From an uncultured delta proteobacterium (GTDB taxonomy: Bacteria > Desulfobacterota > Binatia > Binatales > Binataceae): a DNA stretch of 64,000 bases. This document shows positions 1 through 12,333 of this stretch, piece by piece. Positions within the stretch are counted from its first letter, which is position 1. Each line of letters starts with the position of its first letter. The stretch is taken from positions 3,776,001 to 3,840,000 of the forward strand of contig CAWEEQ010000004.1 in assembly GCA_963808235.1 (NCBI GenBank), read 5' to 3'. Under the pieces are notes generated by a model. That model had not been told where the DNA came from. It was given only the letters and a program-made list of their open reading frames with translations, and did no database searches. The translations under genes and the position numbers were made by a program.

Positions 1-99
1 CGCCGCATTGCGGATCGGCGCGATCGCGCTCAAGCCTGCCACGAGAGCAGCAAACGCGATAGTCGTTGCGGCGTTTTTCACTTTCACCGGAATTGTCAC
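1..99 (-). CDS. 5' end of a probable secreted protein running off the window edge
   Basis: Minus frame reads (V)TIPVKVKNAATTIAFAALVAGLSAIAPIRNAA..., a signal-peptide-like sequence open to position 1. GTG start could be 99, 87 or 81. Confidence 0.5.
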   Translation of the reverse strand, partial: MTIPVKVKNAATTIAFAALVAGLSAIAPIRNAA

Positions 100-190
100 T
101 TTTTCACTTTTCACTTTTCAGTTATTCACGCCGCTCCAGAGTTGCGCCATGCTCACACGGTATGCAAACCAGGAGTCCAACGATGAGTGA

Positions 191-1429
191 CTATTTGATG
201 TTGTCGGCGATGTACTGGAAGACTTCGCGCCAGTATGGCGGGTCGATGCCGTCCTTGTCGGCGGTCCGCACGATCACGATCTTCGTTCGTGGCGAGACGA
301 ATATGAACTGGCCATAAGTTCCGATGCCCATGTAGCTGTAGTCGTCGCCCTGGTTTGATACGCCCCACCAGAAATATTTGTAGTAGCCGCCTCCGATCTG
401 CCATCGAGAGAACGTCTCCCATGGACGGCGGTCGTTCGGATCCCTGGTAGTTGATTCATCGACCCAACGCTGCGGGATAATTTGCTTGCCCTCCCAATTG
501 CCGCGATTCAAATAGAGCCGGCCGAACTTCGCTAAATCGATCGCTCTCGCGTTCAACAGTATGGGTGTCAGCTCAAAATCGTCCTGCTCGCTGTCGATAC
601 TCCAGGTTGCCGGATATTCCATGCCGATTGGCTTCCAGATTTTTTCCTGGAGATATTTGCTCGGCGTGCTACCGGTGGTCCGTTCGAGGATTATGCCGAT
701 AAGCTCGGTGTTGAAGTTGTTGTAGTGAAATGATTGTCCCGGCGGCTCCATAACCTTCAGATCAGATAGCAGTAGCTGTCGCAGATTGGGGTAGTAGCCG
801 GCCAATACAAATTCATCCCACGGGAAAAAACTTATCCGGTACTGAATCCCCGATCCCATCGTCAGAAGATTTCTGATCGTAATCGCGTCGAAGCCCTGGG
901 CTTTCAGCTCCGGCAGATAATTCGTGATCGGATCGTCGAGGCTCTTGATTCGACCCTCGGAGATGGCGATGCCGACCAGGGCTCCGGTGAAGGATTTCGA
1001 CACCGACCATGCGGTGCACAGAGAGTCTCGCGCGAAGCCGTTGAAATAATCCTCGCGGAGCACCTGGTTGTCTCTGATCACGACGAATGCGTGGGTGCCC
1101 GAAGTGCGCAGCAGCTCATCGAGCGCGACTCGCTTCACGACTCCGTCTGCGTTGTATTCAACTGTATCGGGAACGCTCTTCCGATCGCCTTGTGCAAAGT
1201 GAAACGCGGGCGGCGCATTCTCGATGGTGTGGTACCCGTAATGTCGGTAGTCGTCGGAGCGCGATGAAACGAGAAATTGTGCGCCCCACACGAAATAGCG
1301 GTAAAGGTACCCCGGTTGCGTCCACGCGGCGGCGCTCGCCGCCGAGGCGAAGAGCAGACCCACGGCCAAGCCAGCGAACAGCGCTGTGACGGCAACCGAA
1401 CGGCGGCGAAAACTCATGCGATCGAGCAC
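191..1429 (-). CDS. Secreted serine hydrolase, beta-lactamase class C-like family
   Basis: Signal peptide; SVSK (SxxK) and YNN (YxN) motifs; C-terminal GTYGQ motif. Confidence 0.85.
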   Translation of the reverse strand: MLDRMSFRRRSVAVTALFAGLAVGLLFASAASAAAWTQPGYLYRYFVWGAQFLVSSRSDDYRHYGYHTIENAPPAFHFAQGDRKSVPDTVEYNADGVVKRVALDELLRTSGTHAFVVIRDNQVLREDYFNGFARDSLCTAWSVSKSFTGALVGIAISEGRIKSLDDPITNYLPELKAQGFDAITIRNLLTMGSGIQYRISFFPWDEFVLAGYYPNLRQLLLSDLKVMEPPGQSFHYNNFNTELIGIILERTTGSTPSKYLQEKIWKPIGMEYPATWSIDSEQDDFELTPILLNARAIDLAKFGRLYLNRGNWEGKQIIPQRWVDESTTRDPNDRRPWETFSRWQIGGGYYKYFWWGVSNQGDDYSYMGIGTYGQFIFVSPRTKIVIVRTADKDGIDPPYWREVFQYIADNIK

Positions 1430-2739
1430 ATCAGGGAATGGCCGGTCGCGGAATCGACTCGCACATTGACCGTGTCGCCGGCGGCGATTCCCTCTGCGCC
1501 GGCAAAAATCGCGGTCTTGTATTGCGGCGTCTTGCCCGCGAGCATCCCGCCGCCGCGCCGCGCGGGACCCTCGACCAGCACCGGAAATTCGCGCCCGATC
1601 ATCGCGCGATTGCGCGCAGCCGACATTTCCTCCTGCATCGCGATCAGCTCGATCAGCCTGCGTCCCTTTATTTCTTCGCTGACTGAATCGCCAAGCCTGT
1701 AGGCTCGGGTATGCTCACGCGCCGAATATTTGAACATGAACGCCGCGTCGTAGCCGACGGAGCGCATCAACGCTGTGGTCGCCTCGAAATCGGAATCCGT
1801 CTCGCCGTGGAAGCCGACGATGATGTCCGTCGATAGCGCTAGGTTCGGTATTGCCGCGCGCACCCGCTCGACCAGGTCGATGTATTCGCGAACTGAGTAG
1901 CCACGTTCCATCGCGGCTAGAATCCGATCCGATCCCGACTGCAGCGGCAGATGCAGATACGGCTGAACCTTCGCCACTGTAGACATCGCCTCGATCACCG
2001 AATTGCTCATGTCACTCGGATGAGGCGAGGTAAATCGAATCCTCTCGATCCCGTCGATCGTCGCGATCATCCTGAGCAGCGCGCCGAAATCGACGTCCTC
2101 GAAGCGATACGCATTGACGGTTTGTCCAAGCAGCACGACCTCTTTGACGCCGTGCGCGGCGAGTTCGCGAATCTCGCGCATCAGGTCGGAGGGCGGAATC
2201 GAGCGCTCGCGTCCGCGCACGTAAGGCACCACGCAGAACGCGCAAAAACGGTCGCATCCACGCATCGCGGTCACGTACGCGCGCACGCCCGGCGCGAAGT
2301 CGGGGGTGATGTCGGCGTAGGTCTCTGCGCGATCGAGCCGCACGTCGATCGAGGCGTCGAAGCCGGTTCGTGCCAGCATCTCGGGCAGCCGCCGATAACT
2401 GTCCGGACCGGCGATGACGTCAAGGTACGCGGCCTTTTCGGTCAAAGCGGTGCGATTGTTCTGCGCCATGCACCCGAGGATGCCCAGCTTCACTTCCGGC
2501 CGCGAATTCTTCACCCGCGCGAGCTCGTTAAGCCTGCGCAGCACGCGTTCTTCGGCATGCTCTCGAATCGCGCAAGTGTTGAGCAGGATTACGTCGGCCG
2601 ATTCCGGACCGGGCGCGGTGACATAGCCGGCGCGCCGCAAAACCGCCGTGATCGTCTCTGAATCAGCGACGTTCATCTGGCATCCGTAGGTCTCAAGATA
2701 AACCCGCAGCGCCCCGCTCGATGCGACTCTCGGTTCCAT
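1414..2739 (-). CDS. miaB: tRNA-i6A37 methylthiotransferase MiaB
   Basis: TYGCQMN and NTCAIRE in the UPF0004 domain; radical SAM motif CDRFCAFC; C-terminal TRAM domain. Confidence 0.95.
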   Translation of the reverse strand: MEPRVASSGALRVYLETYGCQMNVADSETITAVLRRAGYVTAPGPESADVILLNTCAIREHAEERVLRRLNELARVKNSRPEVKLGILGCMAQNNRTALTEKAAYLDVIAGPDSYRRLPEMLARTGFDASIDVRLDRAETYADITPDFAPGVRAYVTAMRGCDRFCAFCVVPYVRGRERSIPPSDLMREIRELAAHGVKEVVLLGQTVNAYRFEDVDFGALLRMIATIDGIERIRFTSPHPSDMSNSVIEAMSTVAKVQPYLHLPLQSGSDRILAAMERGYSVREYIDLVERVRAAIPNLALSTDIIVGFHGETDSDFEATTALMRSVGYDAAFMFKYSAREHTRAYRLGDSVSEEIKGRRLIELIAMQEEMSAARNRAMIGREFPVLVEGPARRGGGMLAGKTPQYKTAIFAGAEGIAAGDTVNVRVDSATGHSLMCSIA

Positions 2740-2974
2740 AAATGGAAAACAATCTTAGGCGACCCCGCCGCGTCGACACAACGCGGCCCGAATGGAAAGC
2801 GATGGTGATCGCGAGCGCTAGCAGCGGGAATAGAGGAACTTAATTGTAGTGAAATCCGCCGTGGGTTTTCACACTTCCTTGGGCAGGGGTGACCCTGCAC
2901 CAATGTTCCGGCATGCATTTCGCGAGCGCACTTGAGTCTTGCCGCGAGCCTGCGGGCTGTTTAAGTTTCTGCCG

Positions 2975-3172
2975 ATGCCGGAGCAGCGCAGGCCGTCGTT
3001 CGAGCGGATGGAAGCTTCACTGCTGGCGTGTCCGAAGTGCAAGCGCGCGGTGAAGGTGCGCAAGCGCCTGCTGCTCGTGCTGCCGCAGGGTGACAAGTAT
3101 CTGTACGTATGCCCCGATTGCGGCTCGACCTGCGGCGAGACGATCGAGACTCCGCCGCCCTTAGCGCGCTGA
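2975..3172 (+). CDS. Small zinc-ribbon protein
   Basis: CPKC...CPDC pairs in 65 aa; ATG at 2975. Confidence 0.7.
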   Translation: MPEQRRPSFERMEASLLACPKCKRAVKVRKRLLLVLPQGDKYLYVCPDCGSTCGETIETPPPLAR

Positions 3173-3182
3173 CGCCCGAGCG

Positions 3183-3728
3183 CTACGGCTTGTCGTACAT
3201 CCCATCGAGGTCACGCAGCGCACGCTCGAGGATTTCGCGCACCCGTGCGATTCGCTCTTGCGATGCGGTCTCGCCCGCCACTGCCCGAAACGCCGCCTTG
3301 ACCAGACGCTCGGCCGGTCCGCGAATCTCGGCCGCGTCGGGATCGAGCGCATTGCGCCATCCGGCCCATCGCCGCGCGCGCCACCAGATGCGGCGGACGG
3401 TCTCGTCCTCGCGCTTGATTTCTTCGGAGCCGGCCTCTGTGATCGCGTAGACGCGCTTGCCTTCCTTCGAGTCCGACGAAATCAGTCCTTCATCCTCGAG
3501 TTGTTGGAGCGTCGGATAAACCGTTCCGGCGCTGGCCTTGTAAATTCCGCCGGAGCGTTCCTCGAGCTGACGCATCAGCTCGTAGCCATGCTTGGGACCT
3601 TCGGCGATTAAGGAGAGCAGCGCGAGCCGGACTTCGCCGGGTCCGAAAAATCGCGCGCGCATTCCCATCATGCCGAACTCGGCCCAATGTGAACGCCGCC
3701 GGTGAAATCGAGTACCGCAGACCATCAT
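3183..3728 (-). CDS. PadR-family transcriptional regulator
   Basis: PKHGYELM...SAGTVYPTLQQLEDEGLI...KRVYAITEAG winged-HTH signature; GGAGG RBS upstream. Confidence 0.92.
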   Translation of the reverse strand: MMVCGTRFHRRRSHWAEFGMMGMRARFFGPGEVRLALLSLIAEGPKHGYELMRQLEERSGGIYKASAGTVYPTLQQLEDEGLISSDSKEGKRVYAITEAGSEEIKREDETVRRIWWRARRWAGWRNALDPDAAEIRGPAERLVKAAFRAVAGETASQERIARVREILERALRDLDGMYDKP

Positions 3729-3778
3729 GTCGTGACCTCCAATGCCGCGAACGCAGCAGCGTCAAACATGATGGAAGG

Positions 3779-3794
3779 TATATCGTACGATATA
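3779..3794. promoter_or_regulatory. Perfect palindrome TATATCGTACGATATA, probable PadR autoregulatory operator
   Basis: 16-bp perfect inverted repeat about 50 bp upstream of padR. It overlaps a minus-strand TTGACT-17bp-TATACC promoter-like element. Confidence 0.6.
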
Positions 3795-3842
3795 GCAACA
3801 GTCAATCAGCACGATGCTGACTAACCGCGCAATTTCGCTCGG

Positions 3843-4247
3843 CTATCCGTTCACGTGTACTGATGCCGGTTCGATCTCGTACGTCACTCGCATTTCACCG
3901 GGCTGCCGAAATGGATACTTATCCTGCCCCAGGTACTTCTTGGCCAGGCTATCGATATGCGCGTCGGCATTCTTGTCATCCTCGCGCACTACCGGCCCAC
4001 GAATTCCCACGTAGCGGTACGGATTGTCGGGGTCGATGATCGCGAGCGCGACCTTCGCGCCGACCTTCATGTTGCGCGCCTTGACCCGGCCGCGCGCCGT
4101 GTTGATGCGAATTTTTCCGTTCGTGTAGTCGAACCATACCGGCGTGACTTGGGGCGATCCGTCGGGCATCACGGTAGCGATGCTGGCGAGGGCTTTTTTG
4201 CCGGTGAAGAGGTCGAGATATTTTTCGGGGATCGTCTTGGATGCCAT
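3843..4247 (-). CDS. PPOX-class (putative F420/FMN-dependent) oxidoreductase
   Basis: ATVMPDGSPQVTPVWF, GRVKARN, DPDNPYRYV and HIDSLAKKYLG motifs; GGAG RBS before MASKT. Confidence 0.88.
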   Translation of the reverse strand: MASKTIPEKYLDLFTGKKALASIATVMPDGSPQVTPVWFDYTNGKIRINTARGRVKARNMKVGAKVALAIIDPDNPYRYVGIRGPVVREDDKNADAHIDSLAKKYLGQDKYPFRQPGEMRVTYEIEPASVHVNG

Positions 4248-4332
4248 CGGCGGTACTCCTTGAATCTCGGAGGGATTGGTCCAGATTAGTCGATCGCTCG
4301 GTTGAGGCAACGCCGCAAAATGTGCGGTTAAT

Positions 4333-4361
4333 TTGACAGCCTCAATTGCATGGGTTATTAG
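4333..4361 (+). promoter_or_regulatory. Sigma70-type promoter for the bactofilin-atp operon
   Basis: TTGACA-17bp-TATTAG, about 70 bp upstream of the bactofilin start. Confidence 0.55.
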
Positions 4362-4429
4362 CCAAGTCTAAGCTCAGACCTTGCCACGCGACGCGGGCAG
4401 TTCCCGTTTGCGTTGAGGAGTGTTTTGCG

Positions 4430-4970
4430 ATGGCGCTGTTCACCAAAGAGCCCGAAAAAAATCTCAAGATTCAACCGACCGTTACTGGCCCGACCCCAAC
4501 TGTCTCTCCGGCGCCGCTCCCGATTTCGAGCGCGCCGTCTTCGCCGCGCGCGAGCGCATCAGTTTCGGGCGAGGGTCGCGCGTGTCTCGATCGCGGATCG
4601 AAGATCACCGGCAAGGTTTCGTTCGAGGGACCCGCTCGAATCGACGGCGAGGTCGACGGCGAGATCAGCGGCAAGGATAGCGTCGCGATCAGCGAGAGCG
4701 CGATCGTGACGGCGCAGATTCGCGCTGCCTCGGTGTCGGTCGCGGGCAAGGTCAGCGGCGACATCGTTGCGACCCAGACGAATCGAGATTCGCCCGGGCG
4801 CCAAGGTCAGCGGAAATATCACGGCGCCGGTGCTGGTGGTGCACGAAGGCGCGCTCTTCGAGGGGCACTGCTCGATGCAGCCCGAGGGCGTGCGCGACGA
4901 TCGCAGGATCACGGTATTCCCCAAGGAGGAGCGCGTGGCGCAGGCCGCCGGCGGGCAGAAACAGGCCTGA
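4430..4970 (+). CDS. Bactofilin (polymer-forming cytoskeletal protein), interrupted by a +1 frameshift near 4778
   Basis: LDRGSKITGKVSFEGPARIDGEVDGEI...VAGKVSGDIVATQ continues in another frame as RIEIRPGAKVSGNITAPVLVVHEGALFEGHCSM. GAGGAG RBS. Confidence 0.85.
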
Positions 4971-5085
4971 TTTTCCGTCGGGCCAGTCTTTCTGTCTGAT
5001 TCGTTCGGCAGCCGAAAAGTTCGCGTTCCCGATCTTCAAATGACCGAGACTATTTTGATAATCCCCGCCGGGGAGATGCCGTAAA

Positions 5086-5538
5086 ATGCACATCCCACCG
5101 AACTGGGGAACGTTTTTTGCGCTGATTGTTTCCTTTCTGGTTTTCTGGTTTATATTCAGCCGACTATTTTTTCGCCCGTTCCTGAACCTGCTCGCCCAGC
5201 GCGAGCGAAGATTCAAGGACCTGAGCGATCGCACCGAGCAATTGATCAAGGAAGCGCGCGCCGCCGAAGAGGAGCGCGAGAAGCGGCTCGCGGCTGTGCG
5301 GCGCGATAGTCTCGGCAAGCGCGATGCCGAACGCCGCAAGGCCGAGGCGGATGCCGCGCAAATGATGGAGGCGGCCAAAGCGGAGGCGCGCGCGTCGCTC
5401 GACCAGGTGCAGGAAAAAATAGAAGCGGAGCTGAAAGCCGCCGAGAGCGAGCTTGAGCACATGGGACACAATCTCGCGCAGGAACTCGCCGAGCGCGTCC
5501 TCGGCCGTCCGCTAAACCGTCAAAGCGGGCAAAACTGA
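5086..5538 (+). CDS. ATP synthase F0 subunit b'
   Basis: Single N-terminal TM helix, FRPF motif, charged coiled coil; first gene of the atp cluster. Confidence 0.85.
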   Translation: MHIPPNWGTFFALIVSFLVFWFIFSRLFFRPFLNLLAQRERRFKDLSDRTEQLIKEARAAEEEREKRLAAVRRDSLGKRDAERRKAEADAAQMMEAAKAEARASLDQVQEKIEAELKAAESELEHMGHNLAQELAERVLGRPLNRQSGQN

Positions 5539-5556
5539 TTTCGTAGCAATTCTCAG

Positions 5557-6135
5557 ATGAAGAAGTGGATGATATCAGCGACGATTTTGATCGCCGCGCT
5601 ATTTCCCCAAATTGCGAGCGCCGCGGCCGAAGCGCCCGAGGAACGCGGCTCGTGGCTGCTGCTGTTCTTCTTCGTCGTCAATTTCCTCCTGTTCGGATGG
5701 GTGCTGGTACATTTCGCGGTTCCGCTCGCGCGAAAATTCTTCGCCGATCGCGCCACCATGATTCGTTCGGGTTTGTCGCGCGCGCAAGACGCGTTTGCGC
5801 AAGCGCAGGACATGGCCAACAAGGCCGCGGCGCGGATGGCTTCTCTCGAAGCGGAGCTCAGAAAAACGGCGGCTGAAATCGAAGAAGAAACCGCGTTCCA
5901 GGTCGCCAAAGTCGGCGAACTCGCAAAATCCACCGGCGACAGAATCCGTCGCGATGCTGTCGTCAGCACCTCGGCCTTGTCCGAGGCGGCGCGCCGCCGC
6001 GTTCGCGCACGCCTGGCAGAGTCCGCCGCGACCCTCGCCCGCGATCTGATCGGGCGCGATTTCCAGGACAATGACCAGGGCCGCCTGATTGAAGGCTTCA
6101 TGGATCAAATCGGCAACGGCGGTGCTCGCCGATGA
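5557..6135 (+). CDS. atpF: ATP synthase F0 subunit b
   Basis: VNFLLF TM segment followed by a coiled coil; overlaps the atpH start. Confidence 0.85.
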   Translation: MKKWMISATILIAALFPQIASAAAEAPEERGSWLLLFFFVVNFLLFGWVLVHFAVPLARKFFADRATMIRSGLSRAQDAFAQAQDMANKAAARMASLEAELRKTAAEIEEETAFQVAKVGELAKSTGDRIRRDAVVSTSALSEAARRRVRARLAESAATLARDLIGRDFQDNDQGRLIEGFMDQIGNGGARR

Positions 6136-6665
6136 AAGGTTCGCGAGTCGCAAGGCGTTATGCGCGCGCACTGCTCGATCTTGCAGAGAAGGGCAATGAG
6201 GAGAAGTGGGGCGCCGAGCTCGAGCGGCTGGCCGCGATGGTCGAGTCGCCGGAGCTTATCGTGCGCCTGACCTCGCCCGAAATCTCGGAGCAGGCGCGGC
6301 AGACTGCGATGACCAAAATTGCGGAACGCCTGGGCCTGAGTGTTCAGCTCCAATCGTTCGCCGCGGTGGTCGCGCGCCACGGGCGGATTCGTGACCTCGG
6401 CGCGATCGCCGAGTCGTATCGTGACTTGCTCGACAAAAGTATGAACCGCGAGCGCGCGACGCTTACCTTTGCGATTCAACCGTTGGACGCGGAAGTGGCG
6501 CGCTTGGTTGGCAGCCTCGAACGAATCGCGGCGAAGAAAATAATTCCAACTGTGAAAATCGATCCGGCCCTGCTCGGCGGCGTCACGGCGGAACTGGGTG
6601 GAAAAACTTACGACGGCAGCCTTGCAACCCGCCTCGCCGAGGCAAAGCAGAGGCTTGCGAGCTAG
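6132..6665 (+). CDS. atpH: ATP synthase F1 subunit delta
   Basis: VARRYARAL and IDPALLGG...YDGSL motifs. Confidence 0.95.
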   Translation: MKGSRVARRYARALLDLAEKGNEEKWGAELERLAAMVESPELIVRLTSPEISEQARQTAMTKIAERLGLSVQLQSFAAVVARHGRIRDLGAIAESYRDLLDKSMNRERATLTFAIQPLDAEVARLVGSLERIAAKKIIPTVKIDPALLGGVTAELGGKTYDGSLATRLAEAKQRLAS

Positions 6666-6689
6666 CCGAAGGTATCGACGACAAAAACT

Positions 6690-8231
6690 ATGGCGGAAAT
6701 CAGACCATCGGAAATCAGCGAGATCCTCAAAAACGAGATCAAAGGCTTTGAGGGTAGCGTCTCCATACGCGAGACCGGCCGCGTGCTCTCATGCGGCGAC
6801 GGTATCGCGCGAATCTACGGATTGCAGAACGCCGCGATGAGCGAGCTGCTCGAGTTTCCGCATCAGATCTACGGAATCGTGATGAACCTCGAGGAGGATA
6901 ACGTCGGCGCGGCGTTGTTCGGCGATCCGCAGGCGATCCAGGAAGGCGACGAGGTCAAGCGCACCGGCAAAATCGCCGAAGTCCCGGTTGGCGAAGGTCT
7001 GCTCGGCCGGGTCGTCAACGCGCTCGGTCAGCCTATAGATGATAAGGGGCCCATCAGATCGACCGAGACACGGCGAATCGAAATCAAGGCGCCCGGGATC
7101 ATCCGCCGCCAGCCCGTCAAAGAGCCGCTGCAAACCGGAATCAAGGCGATCGACACGATGCTTGTGATCGGGCGGGGGCAGCGCGAACTGATCATCGGCG
7201 ATCGGCAGACCGGCAAGACCGCAATTGCAATCGATACGATCATCAATCAACGCGGTCAGAACATGCATTGCATCTACGTCGCGATCGGGCAGAAGCGCTC
7301 AACCGTGGCGCAGGTTGTCGAACGGCTGACCAGCGCCGGCGCGATGGAGTTTACCACCGTGGTTGCGGCGACCGCGTCGGAAGCGGCGCCGCTCCAGTTC
7401 ATCGCGCCGTACAGCGGATGCACGATGGGCGAGTATTTCCGCGACAACGGCAAGAACGCGCTGCTGGTTTACGACGATCTGAGCAAGCATGCGCAGGCCT
7501 ATCGCCAGTTGTCGCTGCTGCTGCGCCGTCCGCCCGGACGCGAGGCGTATCCCGGCGACGTTTTTTATCTGCACTCGCGACTGCTCGAGCGCGCCGCCAA
7601 AATGTCCGACGAGATGGGCGGCGGCTCGCTGACCGCGCTGCCGGTAATCGAGACCCAGGAAGGCGACGTGTCGGCCTACATCCCGACCAACGTCATTTCG
7701 ATCACCGACGGCCAGATAATTCTCGACAAGGACCTATTCAACTCCAACGTGCGTCCCGCGGTGAACGTGGGCCTCTCAGTATCGCGAGTTGGATTCTCGG
7801 CCGCGGTCAAAGCGATCAAGCAGGTTGCTGGCACCCTCAAGCTCGACCTGGCGCAGTTTCGCGAGATGGCGGCGTTTGCGCAGTTTGGCTCGGATCTCGA
7901 CGCGTCGTCGCAGCGACTCCTCGATCGCGGCGCGCGGCTGACCGAGATGCTCAAACAAAATCAGTACAGTCCGCTGCCGATGGAAAAAGAGGTGCTGATC
8001 ATTTTCGCGGCGCGAGAAGGCTACTTCGACAAGCTCTCGGTCGAACAGATTCGCCCGTTCGAGGCGGGGCTCTACACGCTGTTCGATGCGCGTCACGCCG
8101 ACCTACTCGCCGAGATCAAGGAGAAGCGCGAGATTTCCGACGACCTCAACAAGCGGCTCAAAGCCGGCCTCGACGCGTACGAGAAATCTTTCCTCGCCGA
8201 AAATACCAAGCCGGCATCCACTGCCGCCTGA
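6690..8231 (+). CDS. atpA: ATP synthase F1 subunit alpha
   Basis: GDRQTGKT Walker A; [22 protein letters not shown]. Confidence 0.99.
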   Translation: MAEIRPSEISEILKNEIKGFEGSVSIRETGRVLSCGDGIARIYGLQNAAMSELLEFPHQIYGIVMNLEEDNVGAALFGDPQAIQEGDEVKRTGKIAEVPVGEGLLGRVVNALGQPIDDKGPIRSTETRRIEIKAPGIIRRQPVKEPLQTGIKAIDTMLVIGRGQRELIIGDRQTGKTAIAIDTIINQRGQNMHCIYVAIGQKRSTVAQVVERLTSAGAMEFTTVVAATASEAAPLQFIAPYSGCTMGEYFRDNGKNALLVYDDLSKHAQAYRQLSLLLRRPPGREAYPGDVFYLHSRLLERAAKMSDEMGGGSLTALPVIETQEGDVSAYIPTNVISITDGQIILDKDLFNSNVRPAVNVGLSVSRVGFSAAVKAIKQVAGTLKLDLAQFREMAAFAQFGSDLDASSQRLLDRGARLTEMLKQNQYSPLPMEKEVLIIFAAREGYFDKLSVEQIRPFEAGLYTLFDARHADLLAEIKEKREISDDLNKRLKAGLDAYEKSFLAENTKPASTAA

Positions 8232-8250
8232 GCTAAGGTAACGCTCGACG

Positions 8251-10621
<2,371 letters not shown>

Positions 10622-10636
10622 CTCGGGAAATCGCGA

Positions 10637-11059
10637 ATGGCCGCGACTTTCAAATTTCGACTGATAACCCCGACCGGTATCGTCTTCGAGGACTCGGTCG
10701 AAGAAGTCTCCGCCATCGGCCCGCTCGGCGAGTTCGGCGTGCTGCCGGATCACATCAACTTCATCACCTCGCTGGTCCCCGGAGTCCTTGAGGCGCGGAT
10801 TGCCGAGGGTCGCACGATGCATTGGGTAGTGTCGGGCGGTCTGGCGGAAGTGAAGGACGGTGTCCTGACAGTGCTCGCTAGCGGCGCCGAAAAACCGGAG
10901 ACTATCGACGCGGCAAGCGCCGCCGCGGAGGTGCAGGCGGCCGACAGCAAGTTCTCGACTTTGAGCTTCTACGACCCGGCCTACGCGCCCGCGCAGGAAG
11001 CCCTGTTGCTCGCGCGCGCTCGCGTCGAAGCCGCCGGATTGAAGGCAGCGTCGCGCTAG
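10637..11059 (+). CDS. atpC: ATP synthase F1 subunit epsilon
   Basis: LITPTG...GEFGVLPDH...VSGGLAEV. Confidence 0.96.
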   Translation: MAATFKFRLITPTGIVFEDSVEEVSAIGPLGEFGVLPDHINFITSLVPGVLEARIAEGRTMHWVVSGGLAEVKDGVLTVLASGAEKPETIDAASAAAEVQAADSKFSTLSFYDPAYAPAQEALLLARARVEAAGLKAASR

Positions 11060-11098
11060 TTTTCGTTTTTTGTTCTCCCCACTGACCGATATTTGTGA

Positions 11099-11114
11099 TG
11101 TTTCACGTGAAACA
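11099..11114. other. parS centromere-like site (ParB binding)
   Basis: TGTTTCACGTGAAACA is an exact match to the canonical parS palindrome; intergenic after atpC. Confidence 0.9.
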
Positions 11115-11191
11115 TTTTTGACGAAAATCCCAACAAGTAAGCGGTGTTTAGATCAATTAGATCGTCAATTTGACGCCATTTGTCGCGCACC

Positions 11192-12322
11192 ATGAAGCAC
11201 TCGACTCAAGTGCAGCTCATCCATGAGATCTTCGACGCCATTGATCGCGGCACGCCGCCGATGGCCCAGAAGTTCACTCGCAACGACACCTCCGCGTACA
11301 CATCGCCGGAGCGCGTGGCTCGCGAGCGCGAGGTGCTCTTCCGGCATCATCCGATCGTCGTCGGCTTCAGCTCGCAGATTCCAAATCCCGGTGACTACCT
11401 GACCGAGGATCTCGCGCCGGTTCCGATCCTGGTGGTGCGCAACGGGTCGGGCGAGCTGCGCGCGTTCGTTAATATCTGCCGCCATCGCGGCGCCAAGCTG
11501 GTCGCTGGATGCGGCGCCGACGCGCGCCGATTTTCATGTCCGTATCACGCGTGGACTTACGACACGGACGGGCACCTGGTCGCGATTCCCGATGAGTACG
11601 GTTTCGAAGGCCTCGATCGCGCGGCGAGTGGACTGGTCGCACTGCCGGCCGCCGAAAAGTACGGCCTCATCTTTGTGACGCCTGCGCCGGGCGACGCGAT
11701 TGATATCGACGCGACGCTCGGTGGACTCGCCGAAGATATCGAATCGTACCGGATCGGATCGTTCACGCATCAGGAGACGCGGATCGTGCGCCGACGGATG
11801 AATTGGAAGCTGGTCAGCGACACCTTCTGGGAGGCGTACCATATCAAGGTGCTGCACGCGGGGAATGTCGGGCCGCTGTTCGTGAAAAATCTCGCGATGT
11901 TCGACGCGTTCGGCCGCAACCATCGCTACGTCGGCGTGCGCAAGTCAATCGAGAAGCTGCGTGATCTTCCGGAAGAAAAGTGGGACCTGATTCCGCACGC
12001 GACGTTGCTGATGAATCTGTTTCCGAACACGATCCTGGTGATGCAATCCGATCACGCCGAGGTCTATCGCATTTTTCCAGCTGGCCCGCACTCCGCCGGT
12101 GAGAGTGTCACCGCGATAAGTATCCTCGCGCCCGAGTCGTCGCCGAAATGGACGCGCGCGATGGACCTGCTCCTCGGCGTCGTCGAGCAGGATTTCGCCG
12201 TGGGCGAAGGGATTCAGCACGGATTCGAATCCGGCGCGATCCGAAAAGTGATGTACGGCCGTTACGAAAACGCGCTCGAACATTTCCATCGCTCGATCCG
12301 CGAAGCCCTCGGCGAGTCCTGA
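11192..12322 (+). CDS. Rieske non-heme iron oxygenase alpha subunit
   Basis: CRHRG...CPYHAW Rieske motif; NWK...EAYHIKVLH and QD mononuclear iron ligands. Confidence 0.92.
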   Translation: MKHSTQVQLIHEIFDAIDRGTPPMAQKFTRNDTSAYTSPERVAREREVLFRHHPIVVGFSSQIPNPGDYLTEDLAPVPILVVRNGSGELRAFVNICRHRGAKLVAGCGADARRFSCPYHAWTYDTDGHLVAIPDEYGFEGLDRAASGLVALPAAEKYGLIFVTPAPGDAIDIDATLGGLAEDIESYRIGSFTHQETRIVRRRMNWKLVSDTFWEAYHIKVLHAGNVGPLFVKNLAMFDAFGRNHRYVGVRKSIEKLRDLPEEKWDLIPHATLLMNLFPNTILVMQSDHAEVYRIFPAGPHSAGESVTAISILAPESSPKWTRAMDLLLGVVEQDFAVGEGIQHGFESGAIRKVMYGRYENALEHFHRSIREALGES

Positions 12323-12333
12323 ATCGAGATCGG

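Noticed and set aside
74-121. Short TTTTCAC tandem repeats
   Set aside because: Only a few imperfect 6-7 bp units with no spacers, partly inside a signal-peptide coding region; not a CRISPR array or iteron set.
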